Shown here: positions 8,836 to 17,208 of the stretch, piece by piece
How positions within the stretch are numbered: position 1 is the stretch's first letter
Layout of the letters: every line of letters begins with the position of its first letter
NCBI GenBank assembly: GCA_046485285.1
Contig: JAWOHE010000022.1
Coordinates: forward strand, 1 to 37,151
From: a bacterium
Lineage (GTDB): Bacteria; Hydrothermota; Tepidihabitantia; Tepidihabitantales; Tepidihabitantaceae
Length of the DNA: 37,151 nucleotides
Direction: 5' to 3'
Made by a program: the position numbers and the translations under genes
Notes under the pieces: model-generated
Seen by the model: the letters and a program-made list of their open reading frames with translations, nothing else
What the model was told of the DNA's origin: nothing
Databases searched by the model: none

Positions 8836-10070
8836 CCGGCCCGCCTGAAGCTCAGCAGGCTGCGCTCGAACAGCGCCCGGGCGAGCAGTTCGGCGACCGG
8901 CACGACGAGCAGGATGTTGGGCAGCCACATCCCGACGAACGGCGTCAGCTTGCCGGAATCGGCGAGGTTCTGGCCGGCGAGCAGCAGCACGTAGTAGAGC
9001 GCGAAGAAGACCAGCCCGATGAGGAAGCCGGTGCCGACCCCGCCCCGCCGGAGCAGGATGCCGAGCGGCGCGCCGAAGAGCAGGAAGAAGAAGCAGGAGA
9101 ACGCCAGCGACAGCTTCTTCTCGAACTCGACCCGGAAGCGGCCGGCCTCGAGCCGCTTGTAGCGGAGGCGGGTTTCGATCTCCTCGGCCCGCAGTCGCCA
9201 GGCCTCGTCCTGCTCGCCCGCGGCCCGGGCCTCGAGCAGTGCGACCCGGGTCTCGGCCAGCTCCCGGTCCGATGTCCGGATCCGCTCGAGCAGCAGGGGG
9301 AAGGTCAGCTCCTGGTCGCTTCGGTACTCGCGGTCGCGCCGGATGAGGTCGGCGTCGAGCTGGACGTTGATGACGTGGCGGGTGAAGGCGAGCCGGCGGT
9401 AGGTCTCGTCCTCGCCGACCTCGTGCATCTCGCCGTCGAGGAGCGTCAGGATCATGTAGCGGTCGTCGGGCGTGTAGCTGATTTCGCCCCGGGGCGCGGT
9501 CACGAAACCGGGCTGGCCCTGGCCGCCCTCTCGGCGGTCGAAGATCGCGACGTTACGGACCAGCGAGCGCCGCTCGTCGATCCCGCCGATGTAGATGAGG
9601 TAGTTGCCGAAGTCGTCCATGAACACGCCCTCGCGGATGCGCAGGGCCGGCTTCTTGCGCGCGACGTCGGTCAGCAGGTTGCGGACCCGGTGCTGGGCCT
9701 CGGGCAGGACCCAGCCGTTGAACGCCGTCATCACCGCCATCAGCACGATGCAGGCGGCCGCGGTCGGCCAGACCAGCCGGAACACCGGGATTCCCGCGGC
9801 CCGGACGACCCTTATCTCGTTGTCCTGCGCCATCCGGCCGTAGGTCATCACGCCGGAGATCAGGCTTCCCAGGGGCGCGCAGACGCTGACCACGAAGGGC
9901 AGTGACAGGAGCATTATCTCGCCGACGACGACCACCGGCACGCCCTTGCGGACAAGCAGGTCGGCAAGCAGGAAGAGCCGGTCCATCAGCAGGACGAACG
10001 CCAGGATGGCGATGGCGAGGAAGAACGGCGGGATGAACTGCCGCAGCGCCTGGCGCTGGAGGATCGTCAC
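8832..10070 (-). CDS. lptF: LPS export permease LptF (YjgP/YjgQ family)
   Basis: GRMAQDNEIRVVRAAG, FEKKLSLAFSC, GMWLPN; adjacent to paralog. Confidence 0.88.
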   Translation of the reverse strand: MTILQRQALRQFIPPFFLAIAILAFVLLMDRLFLLADLLVRKGVPVVVVGEIMLLSLPFVVSVCAPLGSLISGVMTYGRMAQDNEIRVVRAAGIPVFRLVWPTAAACIVLMAVMTAFNGWVLPEAQHRVRNLLTDVARKKPALRIREGVFMDDFGNYLIYIGGIDERRSLVRNVAIFDRREGGQGQPGFVTAPRGEISYTPDDRYMILTLLDGEMHEVGEDETYRRLAFTRHVINVQLDADLIRRDREYRSDQELTFPLLLERIRTSDRELAETRVALLEARAAGEQDEAWRLRAEEIETRLRYKRLEAGRFRVEFEKKLSLAFSCFFFLLFGAPLGILLRRGGVGTGFLIGLVFFALYYVLLLAGQNLADSGKLTPFVGMWLPNILLVVPVAELLARALFERSLLSFRRAG

Positions 10071-10076
10071 CGCTCG

Positions 10077-10104
10077 ATGATACGTGACGCGGGACGACCG
10101 TCAA
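10077..10104 (-). promoter_or_regulatory. Leaderless promoter of lptF-lptG
   Basis: TTGACG-N16-TATCAT, 6 nt before GTG. Confidence 0.6.
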
Positions 10105-10105
10105 A

Positions 10106-10197
10106 CCCGGCGCTGCGCGCCGGGAGTCCGTTCCGGAATCCTGCCGGAGTTCTTCTTCTCTCCGCGCCGAAGGCGCGGCTTCCCGGCGGCCGGCGGG
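10106..10197 (+). repeat. Multi-hairpin dispersed repeat, copy 1 (intergenic, between divergent lptF and GNAT promoters)
   Basis: CCCGGCGC-TGC-GCGCCGGG-AGTCCGTTCCGGAATCCTGCCGGAGTTCTTCTTCTCT-CCGCGCC-GAA-GGCGCGG-CTTCCC; near-identical to 18496-18574 and to reverse complements at 17128 and 20771. Confidence 0.92.
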
Positions 10198-10198
10198 C

Positions 10199-10227
10199 TT
10201 GACAACGACTGTGCCACCGGCTAGCTT
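10199..10227 (+). promoter_or_regulatory. Leaderless promoter of GNAT gene
   Basis: TTGACA-N17-TAGCTT, 5 nt before GTG at 10233. Confidence 0.5.
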
Positions 10228-10232
10228 TTGCC

Positions 10233-11354
10233 GTGGCGATCGAAGTTCGAGCCCTGTCCGGCCGGGCCGACCGGCGCCGCTTCATCTTCCTGCCGGCCCG
10301 GGTTCACCAGGGCCACGCGAACTGGATCCCGCCGATCTACCTGGACGAACAGCGGTACTTCGACCCGCGCCGCAACCACTCCTTCCGGGACTCCGACACC
10401 GTGCTCGCGCTGGCCTGGCGCGACCGAAGGCCGGTCGGCCGGGTCATGGGCATCGTCCAGCGCCGGTACAACGAGCAAACCGGCCGGCACGACGCCCGGT
10501 TCGCGTATCTCGAGACCGAAGAAGACCGCGAGGTCGTGCTCGCCCTGCTCGAATTCGTCGAGCACTGGGCGCGAGGCCGCGGGATGGACCGCGTCGTCGG
10601 GCCGCTCGGTTTCTCGGACCAGGAACCGGAGGGGTTCATGGTCGACGGGTTTGACGAGGAACCAGTACTGGCAAGCTACCAGAACCTGCCCTGGATGGTG
10701 GAGTATCTCGAGTCCGCCGGCTACACCAAGGAGCTCGACTACGTCCACTACCTGGTCCCGATTCCCGCCGAGCCACCGCCGCTCTACGTCAAGGTTTCCC
10801 AGCGGCTCCTGCGCCAGCAGGAGTACCGCCTGCTTGAATTCGCCTCGACGAAGCAGCTCAAGCCCTGGATCTACAAGGTCTTCGAGCTGATGAACGCGAC
10901 CTACCGGCACATCTACGGCTATACCAAGCTCCTCCGCGAGGACATGGACGCGCTCGCCGCCCAGTACCTGCCCGTGCTCGACCCGAGGTTCGTAAAGATT
11001 GTGACGAACTCGAACGGCGAGCTGGTCGCGTTCGTCATCGGCATGCCGAACATGAACGAGGGCCTGCGCCGGTGCCGGGGTCACGTCCTGCCCTTCGGCA
11101 TCTTCCACATCAAGGCGGCGATGAAGCGGACGAAGCAGCTCGACCTCTACCTCGGCGCGATCCGCGAGGACTGCCGGGGCAAGGGACTCGACGTGCTGAT
11201 GGGCACCGCGATGCTGCGGAGCGCGCGGGCCGCCGGGCTCGAGCGGATCGACAGCCACCACGAGATGGAGACCAACCTCAAGGTTCGCGCCGAGATGGAG
11301 CGGGCCGGCGGCAGGATCTTCAAGCGCTTCCGGATCTACCAGAAACCGCTCTAG
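10233..11354 (+). CDS. GNAT-like N-acyltransferase (YghO-like family)
   Basis: WIPPI, VGRVMG, RVVGPLGFSDQEPEG, NLPWM, RGKGLD, ETN, KRFRIYQKPL pattern of this ~370 aa family. Confidence 0.7.
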   Translation: MAIEVRALSGRADRRRFIFLPARVHQGHANWIPPIYLDEQRYFDPRRNHSFRDSDTVLALAWRDRRPVGRVMGIVQRRYNEQTGRHDARFAYLETEEDREVVLALLEFVEHWARGRGMDRVVGPLGFSDQEPEGFMVDGFDEEPVLASYQNLPWMVEYLESAGYTKELDYVHYLVPIPAEPPPLYVKVSQRLLRQQEYRLLEFASTKQLKPWIYKVFELMNATYRHIYGYTKLLREDMDALAAQYLPVLDPRFVKIVTNSNGELVAFVIGMPNMNEGLRRCRGHVLPFGIFHIKAAMKRTKQLDLYLGAIREDCRGKGLDVLMGTAMLRSARAAGLERIDSHHEMETNLKVRAEMERAGGRIFKRFRIYQKPL

Positions 11355-12430
11355 CCGCCCTCCCGGCCCCACCGGGCCAGCGCCGAGTCGACGATCATAC
11401 CGATGAGCTCGCGGAAACCGATACCCCGAAGCCGGCACATTATCGGCAGGTCGGAGTGAACCGGGTTGAGACCGGGCAGGGCGTTGACCTCAAGGAAGCA
11501 GGGTTCGCCCGCCGCGTCACAACGCAGGTCCACGCGGCCGGCATCGCGGCACCCGAGCGCGCAATATCCGGCCAGCGCGGTCTCCCCTGCCCGACGCGCG
11601 ACGGCGTCCTCGGCCAGCCGGTACTCGACCCGGCCCACGTAGTCCTGCTTGATGGCGTAACCGTAGATGTCGGTCCCGGCCTGGTCGGTAAACACGACTT
11701 CCATCACCCCGAGCACCCGCGCCGAGGGGCCGGTGCCCGTGATGCCAACCGTGAACTCGCGGCCGGGCAGGAAGGTCTCGACCAGCACCGGCGCAACGCG
11801 CCGGGAGTCGGTTCCGGAATCCGGAAGGAACTCCTCCTCTGGTCCGCGCCGAAGGCGCGGCTTCCCGGCGGCAAGGCCCGCCGGGCTGTCGTGGGCCGCG
11901 AGCAGGCGCCGGCAGACCTGTTCGAGTTCTGCCAGGCTTTCGACGCGCGAGTCCGGGCCGATGCCCTTGCCCGTCCCCTCGGCCACCGGCTTGCAGAACA
12001 GCGGCCAGGGCAGGCGGACGCGCGCGACGTCCTCCGGCCCGCGGACCACCGCGAATGCCGGGGTCGGGATGCCGGCCTCGCGGACAACCAGCTTGGTCAG
12101 CGCCTTGTCCAGGGTGAGTGCCAGCTCCACTGGCCCGGAGAAGGTGTAGGGAATGCGCCAGGCATCGAGCAATGCCGGCACCTGGGCCTCGCGGCCCGGG
12201 CCGATCAGGCCCTCGGCGATGTTGAAGACCATGTCCCAGCGCTCGCCGGCGGCAAGCCTTGCGACGAGGTCGCGGATGTGGCCGACGCGCACCACCTCGT
12301 GGCCCAGCTCCGCCAGCGCGCCGGCGATCCCGTCGATCGTGTCCGGCCGGTCGAACTCCGCGGTCTCCTCCGCGCCGTAGCCCTCGGCGAGGTAGTCGTC
12401 GCGCAGGTCGTAGGTGAAACCGAACCTCAT
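11351..12430 (-). CDS. D-alanine--D-alanine ligase-like ATP-grasp protein carrying a ~33 aa repeat-derived insertion
   Basis: VFNIAEG, REAQVPALL, TLDKALTK, KPVAEGTGKGI, VLVETFLPGREFTVG, RVDLR, FLEVNALPGL. Confidence 0.85.
   Translation of the reverse strand: MRFGFTYDLRDDYLAEGYGAEETAEFDRPDTIDGIAGALAELGHEVVRVGHIRDLVARLAAGERWDMVFNIAEGLIGPGREAQVPALLDAWRIPYTFSGPVELALTLDKALTKLVVREAGIPTPAFAVVRGPEDVARVRLPWPLFCKPVAEGTGKGIGPDSRVESLAELEQVCRRLLAAHDSPAGLAAGKPRLRRGPEEEFLPDSGTDSRRVAPVLVETFLPGREFTVGITGTGPSARVLGVMEVVFTDQAGTDIYGYAIKQDYVGRVEYRLAEDAVARRAGETALAGYCALGCRDAGRVDLRCDAAGEPCFLEVNALPGLNPVHSDLPIMCRLRGIGFRELIGMIVDSALARWGREGG
11787..11885 (+). repeat. Multi-hairpin repeat, copy 2 (diverged; in frame inside Ddl-like gene)
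   Basis: ACCGGCGCAACGCGCCGGGAGTCGGTTCCGGAATCCGGAAGGAACTCCTCCTCTGGTCCGCGCCGAAGGCGCGGCTTCCCGGCGG; encodes [33 protein letters not shown] on the coding strand. Confidence 0.88.
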
Positions 12431-12451
12431 CCGGCGCTGCTTCCCGGGGCG

Positions 12452-13774
12452 CTAGTCCGCCGCCCGGTCCGGGTAGCGGAACTGCCGGCCCTCGTAGTTG
12501 ACCAGCACCAGGTCCCCGCCCTCGCGGCCGGCCGTGTACTGCGGCAGAAGCGGTATCTTCCCGCCGCCGCCCGGCGCGTCGACGACGTAATGCGGCACGG
12601 CGTAGCCGCTGATGTGGCCGCGCAGACCGCGGATCATCTCGATGCCGCGCGCCACCGGGGTCCGGAAGTGCGCCGAGCCCGCAATCGGGTCGCACTGGTA
12701 GAGGTAGTAGGGCCGCACGCGAATCCGCATCAGGGTGGTGAACAGCCGCCGCAGGGTTGCGACGTCGTCGTTCACGCCCTTGAGCAGCACCGTCTGGCTG
12801 CCCAGCGGCACGCCGGCGTCGGCCAGCCGGGCGCAGGCCTGGGCGGTCTCGGGCGTCAGCTCGTCGGGGTGGGTGAAATGGATGCTCATCCAGACCGGGT
12901 GGTGGCGCCTGAGCATCCGGCACAGCGCGGCGGTGACGCGCTGGGGCAGCACCACCGGCACCTTCGTGCCGATGCGCACCACCTCGACGTGCGGGATGGC
13001 CTGGAGCCGCCCCAACAGCCACTCCAGCCGCTCGCCCGGCATCGTCAGCGGGTCGCCGCCCGACAGCAGCACGTCGCGCACCTGGTGCGTCCGCGCGATG
13101 TAGTCGAGCGCCGCCTCCCAGTTCGCCGGGCCGAAGCAGTGCCGGCGGCCGCCGACCAGGCGCGACCGGGTGCAGTAACGGCAGTAGACCGCGCAGGCGC
13201 CAGTCACCAGGAACAGCACGCGGTCCGGGTAGCGGTGGACCAGGCCCGGCACCGGGCTGTCGGCGTCCTCGGCCAGCGGGTCGCCGGTCTCACCCGGCGC
13301 GGTCACGAGCTCGGCCGCGGTCGGTACGACCGTCCGGCGCAACGGCTGGCCCGGGTCGTCCGGGTCGAGCAGGCTCGCGTAGTAGGGCGTGATGCTCAGG
13401 GGCAGGCCCCTGCCTTGCGCTCCGACCGCTGCTTCCTCGTCAGCCGACAGCCGGACAATGCGCGCCAGCTCCGTGGCGGTGCGCACGCGGTTGCGCCACT
13501 GCCAGCGCCAGTCGTTCCACTGCTGGGCGGTCGCCTGCGGCCAGTGCGCCAGCCGGAACCGCTCGGTGCGCGGGTTCGGCGCGGCGCCTTCAGCGGCCGG
13601 CTCGACCGCCGGGCGCTGGAGCTCGCTCAGCTCGGCTGCGGTGACGACATTGGAACAGGCTCGGGCAGGGCCGACTTGGTCGGCCCCGGTACTTGGAGGT
13701 TCCGCCTCTTCGACCGGGACCTCGGGCTGGGACAACAGGGACGCGACGCCCCTGCGGGTGGGATTGTGCTTCAT
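12452..13774 (-). CDS. kamA: KamA-family radical SAM protein (lysine 2,3-aminomutase-like)
   Basis: HRYPDRVL, CAVYCRYCTR (CxxxCxxC), LLSGGDPL, RIGTK, QTVLLKGVND, PYYLYQCD, VDAPGGGGK (PLP lysine); ATG at 13774 has AAGGAG RBS, alternative GTG at 13828. Confidence 0.92.
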   Translation of the reverse strand: MKHNPTRRGVASLLSQPEVPVEEAEPPSTGADQVGPARACSNVVTAAELSELQRPAVEPAAEGAAPNPRTERFRLAHWPQATAQQWNDWRWQWRNRVRTATELARIVRLSADEEAAVGAQGRGLPLSITPYYASLLDPDDPGQPLRRTVVPTAAELVTAPGETGDPLAEDADSPVPGLVHRYPDRVLFLVTGACAVYCRYCTRSRLVGGRRHCFGPANWEAALDYIARTHQVRDVLLSGGDPLTMPGERLEWLLGRLQAIPHVEVVRIGTKVPVVLPQRVTAALCRMLRRHHPVWMSIHFTHPDELTPETAQACARLADAGVPLGSQTVLLKGVNDDVATLRRLFTTLMRIRVRPYYLYQCDPIAGSAHFRTPVARGIEMIRGLRGHISGYAVPHYVVDAPGGGGKIPLLPQYTAGREGGDLVLVNYEGRQFRYPDRAAD

Positions 13775-13835
13775 GGCTCCTTTGACTCCTGGGTCGCCTT
13801 GCGGCCGACCCGATGATGTCGTATGCACGGCAGTA

Positions 13836-13862
13836 ATTGTAGTCCGCCCTGTGTTTTGTCAA
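13836..13862 (-). promoter_or_regulatory. Promoter of kamA-ddl-like operon
   Basis: TTGACA-N15-TACAAT, back-to-back with the EamA promoter. Confidence 0.5.
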
Positions 13863-13880
13863 TAGGAAATCCGCGCGGGG

Positions 13881-13908
13881 TTGACACCTGCCCGCGCCAC
13901 CCTACGAT
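13881..13908 (+). promoter_or_regulatory. Leaderless promoter of EamA gene
   Basis: TTGACA-N16-TACGAT, 5 nt before ATG at 13914. Confidence 0.65.
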
Positions 13909-13913
13909 TCGCC

Positions 13914-14315
13914 ATGGACTACCGGCTCCTCTGTATCGTCGCGCTCCTCGCCTGGGGCGGCTGGGGCTGGCTGAGCAAGCTCGCCGCCGTCCGCACCTCG
14001 CCCGCCGGCATCGCGCTCTGGGCAACGGTCGCGAGCGTCCTCCCCATCGCCGCCTTCGCGCTCGCCGCCGCCGACCGCGCCGCGCTCCGGCCCGCGCCGC
14101 TCGCGCTCGCCGCTGGCCTGCTCGCCGGCATCGCGACAGTGGCGTTCTACATCGCGCTCGGCCGCGGCCCGGCGTCGGTCGTCTTCCCGCTCACCGGGAT
14201 GTACATCCTCATCCCGGCGCTGCTCGGCATCGTCCTGCTCCGGGAACCGGTGACACTGACCCGGGCGCTGGGGATGGCCTCGGCCGCGCTCGCGGTCTTC
14301 CTGCTCTCCCGCTAG
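13914..14315 (+). CDS. EamA/DMT-family small membrane protein
   Basis: 133 aa, ~5 TM, FYIALGRGPASVVFPL and LLREPVT motifs. Confidence 0.85.
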   Translation: MDYRLLCIVALLAWGGWGWLSKLAAVRTSPAGIALWATVASVLPIAAFALAAADRAALRPAPLALAAGLLAGIATVAFYIALGRGPASVVFPLTGMYILIPALLGIVLLREPVTLTRALGMASAALAVFLLSR

Positions 14316-15382
14316 GCCTCGCGGTCGGGCACGAGGAAGAACACCAGCATCCCGGCCAGCGCGAGTGTCGCCGCGACCAGCATCACGACCGGGTACCCGT
14401 GCGCGCCGGTGACACCGGTCAGCAGGGCGCCGGTCACCGCCGAGAACCCGAGTACCGACTGGAGCAGTCCGGCCGCGGTCGAGCGTTCCGGGTTGCGTCG
14501 AAGCAACTGCCTGAGCGAGCCGAGGTAGAGCAGTGACCAGGACAGCGCGAGCGCGACCTGTACCGGAATCAGCCAACGATAGCTCGGGACGAACGCATAG
14601 GCGACGAACACGATGACCGACAGTGCCAGCCCGGCCCGGATCATCGACCGCTCCGCCCCGCGCTCGAGCGCGTTCATGAACAGGAACTGGGCCACGGGGT
14701 TGAGCCCGTAGAGCAGTCCCACCCCGAAGCGGCTGGCGCCCAGGTCCGACATGTAGACCGGGAAGATCGCCCAGATCGAGGCCGCGCCGGAATGCCGCAG
14801 GTAGAATGACAGGTAGAGTCGCCAGTTGCGTCGGAACACCCGGCCGTCAAAGAACGGCTGTGCCAGCCGGACCCGCTGGTTGCTGAGGCCCGCGATTGCG
14901 ACAACGGCGCCCAGCGCCAGTGCCGCGCCCGCAACCGGGAACAACCAGCCAAGCGCCACCGCGCCGGCCGCGAACGCGCCCGCGCCCCAACCGAGGGCGC
15001 CGAGCGAGGTGAAGCGGCCCAGTCGGGGCCGGCCGTCGTAGTAGTACGCGACCAGCGCCGAGGGAAACACGCCCATCGTCAGCCCGGTGAGCGCCCGGAC
15101 CGCGAACAGACCGGCGAGCCCGCCGGCCCAGGCGTGCGCGACCAGCGCGGCCGCGGTCATCACGGTCCCGACAACCACGAAGGTCTTGCGGTTGCCGTAG
15201 TCCGCCCAGCGGCCGAAGAGCAGGTTGGATGATAGCGCAGCAACCTGGTAGGTCGCAACCAGCAGGCCGATGGTCGAGGTTCCCGCGCCCAGGTCGCGGG
15301 CCATCAGCGGCACGTAGACAACCGCGACCGTCGAACCGGCGTTGGCCAGGAACTGAACCGAGTAGGGACTCAGCCGGCGCAT
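14312..15382 (-). CDS. MFS transporter
   Basis: Motif A-like FGRWADYGNRK, VRALTG, many TM helices. Confidence 0.85.
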   Translation of the reverse strand: MRRLSPYSVQFLANAGSTVAVVYVPLMARDLGAGTSTIGLLVATYQVAALSSNLLFGRWADYGNRKTFVVVGTVMTAAALVAHAWAGGLAGLFAVRALTGLTMGVFPSALVAYYYDGRPRLGRFTSLGALGWGAGAFAAGAVALGWLFPVAGAALALGAVVAIAGLSNQRVRLAQPFFDGRVFRRNWRLYLSFYLRHSGAASIWAIFPVYMSDLGASRFGVGLLYGLNPVAQFLFMNALERGAERSMIRAGLALSVIVFVAYAFVPSYRWLIPVQVALALSWSLLYLGSLRQLLRRNPERSTAAGLLQSVLGFSAVTGALLTGVTGAHGYPVVMLVAATLALAGMLVFFLVPDREA

Positions 15383-15385
15383 CGG

Positions 15386-17086
15386 CTAGTCGGGAAGAGC
15401 GCGCCGATGCCAGTCCATTATCGCCAGCGCCTCCTCTTCACGCCCGAGCGCGACGAGCAGGCGGGCGCGCTCGCGTCCGAACTCGCCGTAGCGCGCGAGG
15501 TTAGCCCGGGTCCGGGCGTCCGGGTGGCGCGGCCGGCGGACCCGGAGCCGTCCCGGGTCGAAGCGCGCGGTCGCCGAGTCGGGCCGCAGTTCGTACAGGA
15601 GACCCCGCGCCAGCCAGTTCCAACCCGGGAGCATTGCCCGCGAGTCGATGTCGCGGCCGCGGGCGAAGGTCGCGTAGGCCGGCCGGCCCGGGTTGTTAGT
15701 CACGAAGCTCTCGATGAGCGCCACGAATGCCTGCTGAATCTCCCCGGGGTCGCGCAGGCGACGCTGCTCGAAATCGTCGAGGAGCTCGAGGTAGCGCGCG
15801 AGCTCGGGCTCCGAGCTCTCGAGCAGGCCCGGGTACGCGCGCCGCAGGTACCCGAAGTACCACGAACGGCGCAGGAGTTCCTTGTCGATGAACCACACGT
15901 CCGGCCTCACGCCCTCGACGTGGGCGAGATAGAGCGCCGGCGCGTAGACGTCCCAGAACTCGGTCAGGACAGTTGCGTTCGGCCCGGCTGACTCGCAGGT
16001 ATTCAGGGCCCCGTCCAGCGCGACGTAGTGGTCGCGCCGGTTCGCCGGAGCGAAGTTGGCGACGAGCATCACGGCCGGGACCAGCCAGGCCAGCAGGCGC
16101 CAGCGGCCGAGCCGGCCCGCAAGCCGGTCAAGGCCGAATGCCGCCAGGGCCGTGAGGGCCAGCAGGCAGGTCAGGTAGTAGGCCTCGATGTCGGGTATCG
16201 AGTAGTTGACCGCATAACCGAACGACAGGAGCGCCGCAACTGCCAGGCCAAGCGCGACCGGTCGTCGTTGCCGCCAGAGCCGGACGAACCCGAGGCCCGC
16301 GACCGGTACCAAGACCCAGCCCAGACCCCGGGCCAGGAGCAGGGCTCCCTGACCGGCGTTCCGTAACACCTCTGTCGCCGGGAGCGAGAACATCCAGACC
16401 TGGTACTGCCGACCGGTGACGTGCCACCAGAACCGCTCCGCGCTGACCGGGTTGCCCCACGCCAGCAGCGGACCGGCCCGGGCCCGCAGCAAGAGAAAGA
16501 GGTACGGCGAGAGCCCGAGCAGGAACAGCGCCGCCGCGGCCGGCCACCGGCTGCGGAGCGCGCTCCGCCGGGCATGAAGCGCGGCGAGGCCGACCGGCAG
16601 GGCCGCCAGCGCCGACATGTGGTTGGTCAGCGCGAGCCCGGACAGGTACGCGACAAGCAGGAGCGACGCGCGAGGACTGGCCGCGGCAAGCCAGAGCGCG
16701 GCAATGAGCAGTAGCGTCAGAGAGTGAACCTCGACGTCGACACTCACACCCCAAACCGGCAGTGACACGCCGACCATTGCCGCGCCGATCCCGGCCGCAA
16801 GCCCGCTGCAGCCGACCCGGCGCAGGTACGGCATCCAGAGCCCGAGCGCTGCCGCGGACAGCAGGACGCTGAGTACGGACATCCGGTCATAAGCCGTGCC
16901 GACCGGGACCAGCGTCGCTAGGCGACCGATGAGGGTGTAGAGCGGGTACCCGGTGGGATGCAGGATGTTGAGCAGTTGACAGCCGGCGGCGAGCTCGCCG
17001 GAGTCAATCAGCCCGACGACCGGCTGGCGGGTGACGAGGTACAGGCCGGCCGCCGCCGGGACCACCAGCCAGTGAAGCCTGCGCAC
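15386..17086 (-). CDS. DUF2723 / TMEM260-like membrane glycosyltransferase (GT-C fold)
   Basis: DSGEL...ILHPTGYPLYTL, EVHSL, GLALTNH, YLFLLLRA...WGNP. Confidence 0.8.
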   Translation of the reverse strand: MRRLHWLVVPAAAGLYLVTRQPVVGLIDSGELAAGCQLLNILHPTGYPLYTLIGRLATLVPVGTAYDRMSVLSVLLSAAALGLWMPYLRRVGCSGLAAGIGAAMVGVSLPVWGVSVDVEVHSLTLLLIAALWLAAASPRASLLLVAYLSGLALTNHMSALAALPVGLAALHARRSALRSRWPAAAALFLLGLSPYLFLLLRARAGPLLAWGNPVSAERFWWHVTGRQYQVWMFSLPATEVLRNAGQGALLLARGLGWVLVPVAGLGFVRLWRQRRPVALGLAVAALLSFGYAVNYSIPDIEAYYLTCLLALTALAAFGLDRLAGRLGRWRLLAWLVPAVMLVANFAPANRRDHYVALDGALNTCESAGPNATVLTEFWDVYAPALYLAHVEGVRPDVWFIDKELLRRSWYFGYLRRAYPGLLESSEPELARYLELLDDFEQRRLRDPGEIQQAFVALIESFVTNNPGRPAYATFARGRDIDSRAMLPGWNWLARGLLYELRPDSATARFDPGRLRVRRPRHPDARTRANLARYGEFGRERARLLVALGREEEALAIMDWHRRALPD

Positions 17087-17092
17087 GAGCCA

Positions 17093-17120
17093 AGAATACG
17101 GAGGGGCGCCGGCGCGTCAA
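17093..17120 (-). promoter_or_regulatory. Leaderless promoter of DUF2723-MFS
   Basis: TTGACG-N16-TATTCT, 6 nt before GTG. Confidence 0.6.
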
Positions 17121-17127
17121 TGGCGCA

Positions 17128-17206
17128 GGGAAGCCGCGCCTTCGGCGCGGAGAGAAGAAGAACTCCGGCAGGCTTCCGGAACGGACTCCCGGCGCGTAAC
17201 GCCGGG
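17128..17206 (-). repeat. Multi-hairpin repeat, copy 3 (intergenic, right after rocD stop)
   Basis: GGGAAGCCGCGCCTTCGGCGCGGAGAGAAGAAGAACTCCGGCAGGCTTCCGGAACGGACTCCCGGCGCGTAACGCCGGG is the reverse complement of copy 1 with few changes. Confidence 0.92.
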
Positions 17207-17208
17207 GG

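Noticed and set aside
12452-12454. Pyrrolysine/selenocysteine read-through fusing kamA to the ddl-like gene
   Set aside because: kamA ends at its expected position and the downstream gene is in a different frame with its own ATG
11072-13816. 914-aa plus-strand ORF
   Set aside because: Antisense shadow of kamA and the ddl-like gene
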